A stretch of 50,208 nt of DNA from contig CAYPGT010000003.1 of the NCBI GenBank assembly GCA_964410425.1, positions 4,874 to 55,081 of the forward strand, given 5' to 3'. Positions 45,485-50,208 of this stretch are shown here, one piece after another; positions within the stretch are counted from its first letter, which is position 1; the number at the start of each line of letters is the position of its first letter. Under the pieces are notes generated by a model, which was not told the DNA's origin, searched no databases, and saw only the letters and a program-made list of their open reading frames with translations. This DNA is from an uncultured Gammaproteobacteria bacterium. Lineage in GTDB: Bacteria > Cyanobacteriota > Vampirovibrionia > LMEP-6097. A program made the position numbers and the translations under genes.

Positions 45485-46843
45485 TTGCAGATCACTTTTC
45501 TAGGAGCTGCTGGCACTGTTACTGGATCTAAGTATTTAATAGAAAGTAGTGATGGTGTTAGGATTCTTGTGGACTGTGGACTGTTCCAAGGATTAAAGGA
45601 CTTAAGATTACGAAATTGGAAAGGCTTACCTGTTAATCCTAAGTCGATATCTGCAATAATTCTGACTCATGCACATTTAGATCATAGTGGTTATATACCT
45701 AAGATTGTTAAGGAAGGATTCTCTGGTCATATATACTGTACTAGTGGGACAAAAGCTCTCTCTGAGATACTTTTAGAAGATAGTGCCTGTATTCAAGAAG
45801 AAAGCGCTGAGTATGCAAATAAAAAGAAGTTTTCCAAACATGATCCAGCCTTACCTTTGTACACCACAAGTGATGTTAAAAGATCGATACCTTTATTTAG
45901 GACTATTAGAATTAATGAAGAGTTGAAGCTAGGTAATTTTTCAATTAAGTTTAGTTATGCTGGTCATATACTTGGAGCGTCTAGTGTAAGAGTGGAAGCA
46001 GATGCTACGTCTGTACTATTCTCTGGTGATTTGGGTCGTGCTAATGATGCACTCATGTTCCCCCCGGCAGCCCCTCAGGCAGCGGATTACATAGTTATGG
46101 AATCTACCTATGGTGATCGGTTGCACGATAATACAGACCCTGTGGATATACTTAAACCGATTTTTGAAGATATTCAAAGAAATAAAGCGGTCTTGCTCAT
46201 ACCATCATTTGCGGTAGGGCGTGCGCAATCGATCCTACTTTGTATTTATAGGCTATTAGAAAAGTACCCTGAATTAAGAATGCCCATATATGTTAATAGC
46301 CCGATGTCTAAGGATGTGACCGAACTTTATAAGAACTTTCATGAAGAACATAAATTAGATCAAAGGGAGACAGAAAGGGCTTTCTCTATAGCTCATTTCG
46401 TAAACAGTCCAGAAGAATCAATTGCTCTCAATAAACAGTCAGGACCGATGGTGATTATTTCTGCTAGTGGTATGCTCACAGGGGGAAGAATCTTACATCA
46501 CCTACAAGCATTTGCAGGTGATGCTAAGAATAAAATTTTACTTGTAGGATTTCAAGCGCCAGGAACCAGAGGAGCTGCTCTAGAACAAGGAGAGCGTTCA
46601 TTGAAGTTTCATGGTTATTATCATCCTATTGAAGCTGATGTTATTAAAATAGAGATATTTTCTGCACATGCAGATCAGGCGGAGTTAATTAATTGGCTTA
46701 AGTCAGCAAAAGCTAAGCCTAGGAAGGTTATACTGACTCATGGTGAACCGCACGCCTCCGATATTCTGAGATCTAAGATCGAAGAGCAATTGAAGCTAAA
46801 CGCACATGTGGCTCTTGATGGAGAGACAATAACGTTGACCTAA
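45485..46843 (+). CDS. MBL-fold metallo-hydrolase of the beta-CASP (RNA-metabolising) type
   Basis: MQITFLGAAGTVTGSKYL, HAHLDHSG, ESTYGDR and a C-terminal beta-CASP/RMMBL-like SAHAD...THGE. TTG start. Confidence 0.75.
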   Translation: MQITFLGAAGTVTGSKYLIESSDGVRILVDCGLFQGLKDLRLRNWKGLPVNPKSISAIILTHAHLDHSGYIPKIVKEGFSGHIYCTSGTKALSEILLEDSACIQEESAEYANKKKFSKHDPALPLYTTSDVKRSIPLFRTIRINEELKLGNFSIKFSYAGHILGASSVRVEADATSVLFSGDLGRANDALMFPPAAPQAADYIVMESTYGDRLHDNTDPVDILKPIFEDIQRNKAVLLIPSFAVGRAQSILLCIYRLLEKYPELRMPIYVNSPMSKDVTELYKNFHEEHKLDQRETERAFSIAHFVNSPEESIALNKQSGPMVIISASGMLTGGRILHHLQAFAGDAKNKILLVGFQAPGTRGAALEQGERSLKFHGYYHPIEADVIKIEIFSAHADQAELINWLKSAKAKPRKVILTHGEPHASDILRSKIEEQLKLNAHVALDGETITLT

Positions 46844-48135
46844 GAATATTTGTAACTATTATAACTTTTAGAACTTTGGGAAGCTTTAACCACTAGTGAT
46901 ACCAGGAATAAATCTACTACTAATGAACTGCCTCCATAACTGAAGAAGGGTAGAGGTACACCTGTAATAGGCATGACGCTAAGGTTCATTCCTATATTAA
47001 CGAAGATGTGGAAAAACAGCATGGAAAACGTACCTATTGCCATTAATGATTTGAATCTATCATCTGCAATCTTGGCTCTGTGAATAATTTTAGTACAGAG
47101 TATTCCATATAGAATTAAAACTAGCGCTGAACCTATGAAGCCAAATTCTTCACCAATCGTAGAGAAAATAAAGTCTGTATGTTGCTCTGGTACGAAGTTT
47201 CCTTGAGTTAGATCGCCGCTCATTAATCCTTGCCCAAACAAACCACCACTGCCAATGGCATAAAGACTTTGAATGATATGATAGCCTGCACCCAAAGGAT
47301 CTACGTAAGGATCTAGAAATATAGTTAGCCTTTTTTGTTGATATTCTTTGAGTAATCCCCAAGCTATAGACTTAAAAGTCATAACTAATAAATTGCAAGT
47401 TAAAAGTCCAAAGATCGCAGAACTAGCTGCAGGAGATCTCCAAGCTTGGTAGTAGATCACGGTAATAAAAAATAGTGCTGTAATGAAAATTAAAAACGGC
47501 ACAGTGATAGCAAAGTTAATATTGCCATGATGATATGCAAATAATTTAAATCCAACTGAGCTTAGAATCGCTGTAATTAAGGGTGATATGAGAATAAAAA
47601 GCTCGATTAACCTAGCACCAGCCCAAAACAACATGCCAAAGCATATTGCAATATAAACTAATGTTGTTCCTAGGTCTGGTTGTATGAGAACTAGCATTGC
47701 TGGTACAGCTACAATAAAAAGAGTTTTCAATATATCCCAGTAATTACGAATAGGATGTTTGGCTAACCATGCAGCCAAATAAATTATCAAGCATATCTTC
47801 GCTATCTCACTGGGCTGAATACTCAGAGGTCCAAGTTTAAGCCAGCGTTGTGAACCTAGTACTGAAGTCCCTGCAATTTTAAGTATGATTAACAAGCCAA
47901 TGTTGAGAAAATAAATCACGGTAGCATAGTTCTGAAAAAAACTTAGATCAAATAGGCGATATGAAAGAGCAACCAACAATACTGCCACCAGGAAAAATAT
48001 TAGTTGTTTGGTAAGAAACGCACCGCTTGCCGCGCTCGATAAAGCTAATAAGCCTATGCAAAAAATAGCAAATACTGTTAGTAATAAATCCTTCTCTGGG
48101 ATGTTCCTTATAAGCTTGTAGAGATAGTCGAGCAT
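46840..48135 (-). CDS. rodA: rod-shape-determining protein RodA (SEDS family)
   Basis: PSEIAKI, QPDLGT, TDFIFSTIGEEFGFIG and TGVPLPFFSYGGSS. Start moved to the ATG at 48135 to avoid overlapping the ispG start. Confidence 0.85.
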   Translation of the reverse strand: MLDYLYKLIRNIPEKDLLLTVFAIFCIGLLALSSAASGAFLTKQLIFFLVAVLLVALSYRLFDLSFFQNYATVIYFLNIGLLIILKIAGTSVLGSQRWLKLGPLSIQPSEIAKICLIIYLAAWLAKHPIRNYWDILKTLFIVAVPAMLVLIQPDLGTTLVYIAICFGMLFWAGARLIELFILISPLITAILSSVGFKLFAYHHGNINFAITVPFLIFITALFFITVIYYQAWRSPAASSAIFGLLTCNLLVMTFKSIAWGLLKEYQQKRLTIFLDPYVDPLGAGYHIIQSLYAIGSGGLFGQGLMSGDLTQGNFVPEQHTDFIFSTIGEEFGFIGSALVLILYGILCTKIIHRAKIADDRFKSLMAIGTFSMLFFHIFVNIGMNLSVMPITGVPLPFFSYGGSSLVVDLFLVSLVVKASQSSKSYNSYKYS

Positions 48136-48141
48136 TACTTT

Positions 48142-48156
48142 ATTATATGCTAATAT
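48142..48156. promoter_or_regulatory. back-to-back -10-like hexamers in the 28-bp rodA/ispG divergent spacer
   Basis: TATAAT on the minus strand (48147-48142) lies 6 nt before the rodA ATG. TAATAT on the plus strand (48151-48156) lies 7 nt before the ispG ATG. Confidence 0.35.
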
Positions 48157-48163
48157 ACCCTCC

Positions 48164-49405
48164 ATGGCCAGTCGCCGCCAAACCAAACAAGTACAGATTA
48201 CAGACCAGCTATGGATTGGTTCAGAGCATCCTATCGTCGTACAGTCGATGACTAATACTGCTACTGATGATGTCAATAAATCAGCGGAGCAGGTTAGGAA
48301 ATTATATCTAGCCGGATCTTCAATGGTAAGGCTTACGGTTAAGGATGAAGCTGGCGCTAGGGCTATACCTGAGATCGCAGCTAAGCTTAAGGCTGAAGGT
48401 TTAGAGGTACCCTTAGTTGGTGATTTTCATTATAATGGTCATCTGCTTCTGGCTAAATATCCGAAATGCGCAGAGACCTTAGCGAAGTACAGAATTAATC
48501 CTGGTAATGTTGGCTACGGCGATAAGCATGATTATAATTTTGAGACTATCATTCAGATTGCTAAGGCTAATAATAAAGCAGTGCGCATTGGCGTGAACTG
48601 GGGCTCTCTTGACCAAGACTTGTTTACAGAGTTTATGGAGCGCAATGCAGCCCAGCAGATTCCACTGAGCTTTAAAGAAGTAATGTACCTCGCAATGAAA
48701 GAAAGCGCTCTTCGTTCTGCTGACTTGGCTATGAAAGCTGGATTAGAAGCTGATCGTATCGTAATCAGCGTTAAGATGTCAGAGGTGCAGGATCTAATTA
48801 ATGTTTATCGTTTGGTTGCTAAGTCCTGTGATTTCCCTCTACATTTAGGTTTAACGGAAGCTGGCACTCCGATACAAGGTATGATCTCTAGTGCAGCTGC
48901 GATGGGGATACTTTTACAAGAAGGTATTGGGGATACTATTCGTATGTCACTTACCCCATCTGCTAGCCCTGGTGAGCTTAGTGATAGGGCTTTAGAAGTA
49001 AGGGCATGCCAAGAATTATTACAAGCGCTTGAGTTGAACTATTTTAAGCCAAGCATTACTAGCTGTCCAGGTTGCGGACGTACGTCCAGTACTTACTTTC
49101 AGCAGCTAGCAGAAGAGATTAATAGTTATATTTCAGAGCAGATGCCCACTTGGAAGCATGTGTATCCCGGTGTAGAGAAACTTAAGATAGCTGTGATGGG
49201 TTGCATAGTAAACGGACCTGGTGAATCTAAGTATGCGGATATTGGAATAAGTTTGCCGGGTGATAATGAAGAACCTTCAGCACCAGTATTTATAGAAGGT
49301 AAGCTGCATAGGACTCTTAAGGGTGATGGGATTAGTAATGAGTTTAAAGAGATGTTAGAAGCTTATATTCAAGCAAGGTTTACTACGCAGCTTGCAGAAG
49401 CTTAA
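48164..49405 (+). CDS. ispG: 4-hydroxy-3-methylbut-2-en-1-yl diphosphate synthase
   Basis: VQSMTNT, VGDFHYNGH, RINPGNVG and the [4Fe-4S] cysteines (SCPGCGRT...MGCIVNGPGE). Confidence 0.9.
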   Translation: MASRRQTKQVQITDQLWIGSEHPIVVQSMTNTATDDVNKSAEQVRKLYLAGSSMVRLTVKDEAGARAIPEIAAKLKAEGLEVPLVGDFHYNGHLLLAKYPKCAETLAKYRINPGNVGYGDKHDYNFETIIQIAKANNKAVRIGVNWGSLDQDLFTEFMERNAAQQIPLSFKEVMYLAMKESALRSADLAMKAGLEADRIVISVKMSEVQDLINVYRLVAKSCDFPLHLGLTEAGTPIQGMISSAAAMGILLQEGIGDTIRMSLTPSASPGELSDRALEVRACQELLQALELNYFKPSITSCPGCGRTSSTYFQQLAEEINSYISEQMPTWKHVYPGVEKLKIAVMGCIVNGPGESKYADIGISLPGDNEEPSAPVFIEGKLHRTLKGDGISNEFKEMLEAYIQARFTTQLAEA

Positions 49406-50048
49406 CTGCATTATTAATCCAGCCGACAAGAGCTTCTTCAGTAGTGAAACGTACACTTCCCGTTCCGCTTTGTACCATTAATCCTTCCCGAATTAAAGAG
49501 TTAACGCTAGAATCGTACCGTTCCCACAATTTGTCTGCATGCTGATTGATCTCCGCACTCAATTGAGCTGAGTGAATTCTTTTTTTCAGCTCCTGACTCT
49601 TTATTACGAGAGGCTTAGGCAGTCCTCCATCAACAGAACTCTCCAATCTATTATTAACTAATACTGCCGCTTTGCTATCAGGATTAAGCCCATCAATCGC
49701 GTGAACATGTCTGTCATGGGTGACGATAACAAATGAAGTGGCGCCGCCTCTTCTTGACAGCTCATTTAATTGAGACCTCATATGGTCACTATCTACAAAT
49801 GATATATCAACCCCTTTTAACTTTTCTTTTAACTTTCCTTGTAAGTTTTTGCCTAACTGTTCTGTAAATTTATCTCGCCACCTTTCACCCTTCGGAATAG
49901 CTATATTAAACAGGGTGATTACTTCGTGATCTTGTAACTTACTTGTTAATTCTGGACATGCCAGTCTTGCAGCTGTCACTAATTCATCTCTAGAATTCGG
50001 TGCACCTAATATAGAGAATTTGTCAACAATAACTTTAACTGGATGCAT
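49383..50048 (-). CDS. hypothetical protein (221 aa)
   Basis: ORF only. Its 3' end overlaps the ispG 3' end by 23 nt (convergent). Confidence 0.45.
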   Translation of the reverse strand: MHPVKVIVDKFSILGAPNSRDELVTAARLACPELTSKLQDHEVITLFNIAIPKGERWRDKFTEQLGKNLQGKLKEKLKGVDISFVDSDHMRSQLNELSRRGGATSFVIVTHDRHVHAIDGLNPDSKAAVLVNNRLESSVDGGLPKPLVIKSQELKKRIHSAQLSAEINQHADKLWERYDSSVNSLIREGLMVQSGTGSVRFTTEEALVGWINNAVKLLQAA

Positions 50049-50119
50049 GTCGAAAGTATATCACATAAGAGTTTTAAGATTCTAGCGTGATCTCGTACTA
50101 TGATGTCTAAAATATCTCC

Positions 50120-50208
50120 TCAACTTACCTCAAAATTACTCACTACATTAATGACATCATCATGATCTTCAAACGCTTCTAGAGTTTTCAGGATGTGGTT
50201 GCTCTCAT
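50120..50208 (-). CDS. YebC/PmpR-family protein, C-terminal fragment (gene continues beyond the window)
   Basis: The minus-strand frame reads ESNHILKTLEAFEDHDDVINVVSNFEVS*. This matches the conserved YebC tail pattern L..LED.DDVQ.VY.N.E. Confidence 0.55.
   Translation of the reverse strand, partial: ESNHILKTLEAFEDHDDVINVVSNFEVS

Noticed and set aside
1-50208. Scanned for CRISPR arrays, tRNA/rRNA/tmRNA genes, transposases, integrases, reverse transcriptases and prophage structural genes
   Set aside because: No regularly spaced direct repeats, no T-arm-like GTTCRANYC contexts with cloverleaf partners, and no ORF with recombinase or RT motifs were found. The remaining short ORFs in the track (for example 14394-14576, 14719-15030, 16709-17158, 18845-19239, 20250-20564, 21678-22028, 22497-22703, 25283-25495, 27709-27894, 28262-28453, 32548-32853, 33540-33848, 34066-34275, 35096-35320, 36277-36459, 37480-37662, 38752-38964, 39643-39915, 42762-42944, 43812-44057, 44800-45036 and 47150-47362) all lie within longer, better-supported genes.

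Overview
This is 50.2 kb of an AT-rich bacterial chromosome with diderm-type envelope genes (mrdA, rodA, an mlaF-like ATPase, tatC). I can support about 45 tightly packed protein-coding genes. Most are housekeeping: nadA, rpmF, tatC, cimA, lysA, cdaA, nadE, gpmI, mtnA, ndk, rpsP, dapB, rph, dnaX, mrdA, rodA, ispG and a partial yebC-family gene. Between them sit visibly AT-richer lineage-specific genes that I cannot assign to any family: four ORFs at 38-7038, a two-gene operon at 34828-36380, and single genes at 38511-39908, 25805-26338 and 49383-50048. I recognised no rRNA, tRNA, CRISPR array, transposase or integrase.

The points most worth a second look:
1. A four-gene respiratory operon in which a Rieske/b6-type cytochrome b pair lies between two CydA-like membrane proteins, one of them fused to a haem-c domain (13338-17328).
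2. dnaX breaks frame, and its conserved C-terminal tail is readable only in the +1 frame. The break sits at an SD-like GGTGAG followed by CCC AGG, a plausible +1 recoding site (41665-41909).
3. A Fic (AMPylase) cassette is bracketed by a 50-bp direct duplication of the 3' end of gpmI (24660-25803).
4. Two families of structured intergenic repeats have stems or hairpins that differ between copies yet stay perfectly self-complementary within each copy.
5. A 1418-aa DUF4011-type SF1 helicase-nuclease fusion, a defence-like single gene, lies in an AT-rich segment (28957-33213).
6. Several gene starts show a TATAAT-N6/7-ATG geometry that suggests leaderless mRNAs.

Taxonomy is only a weak inference. 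The lysA-cdaA linkage, the b6-type cytochrome b and cimA fit a cyanobacteria-related non-photosynthetic lineage, but I cannot verify this from one window.
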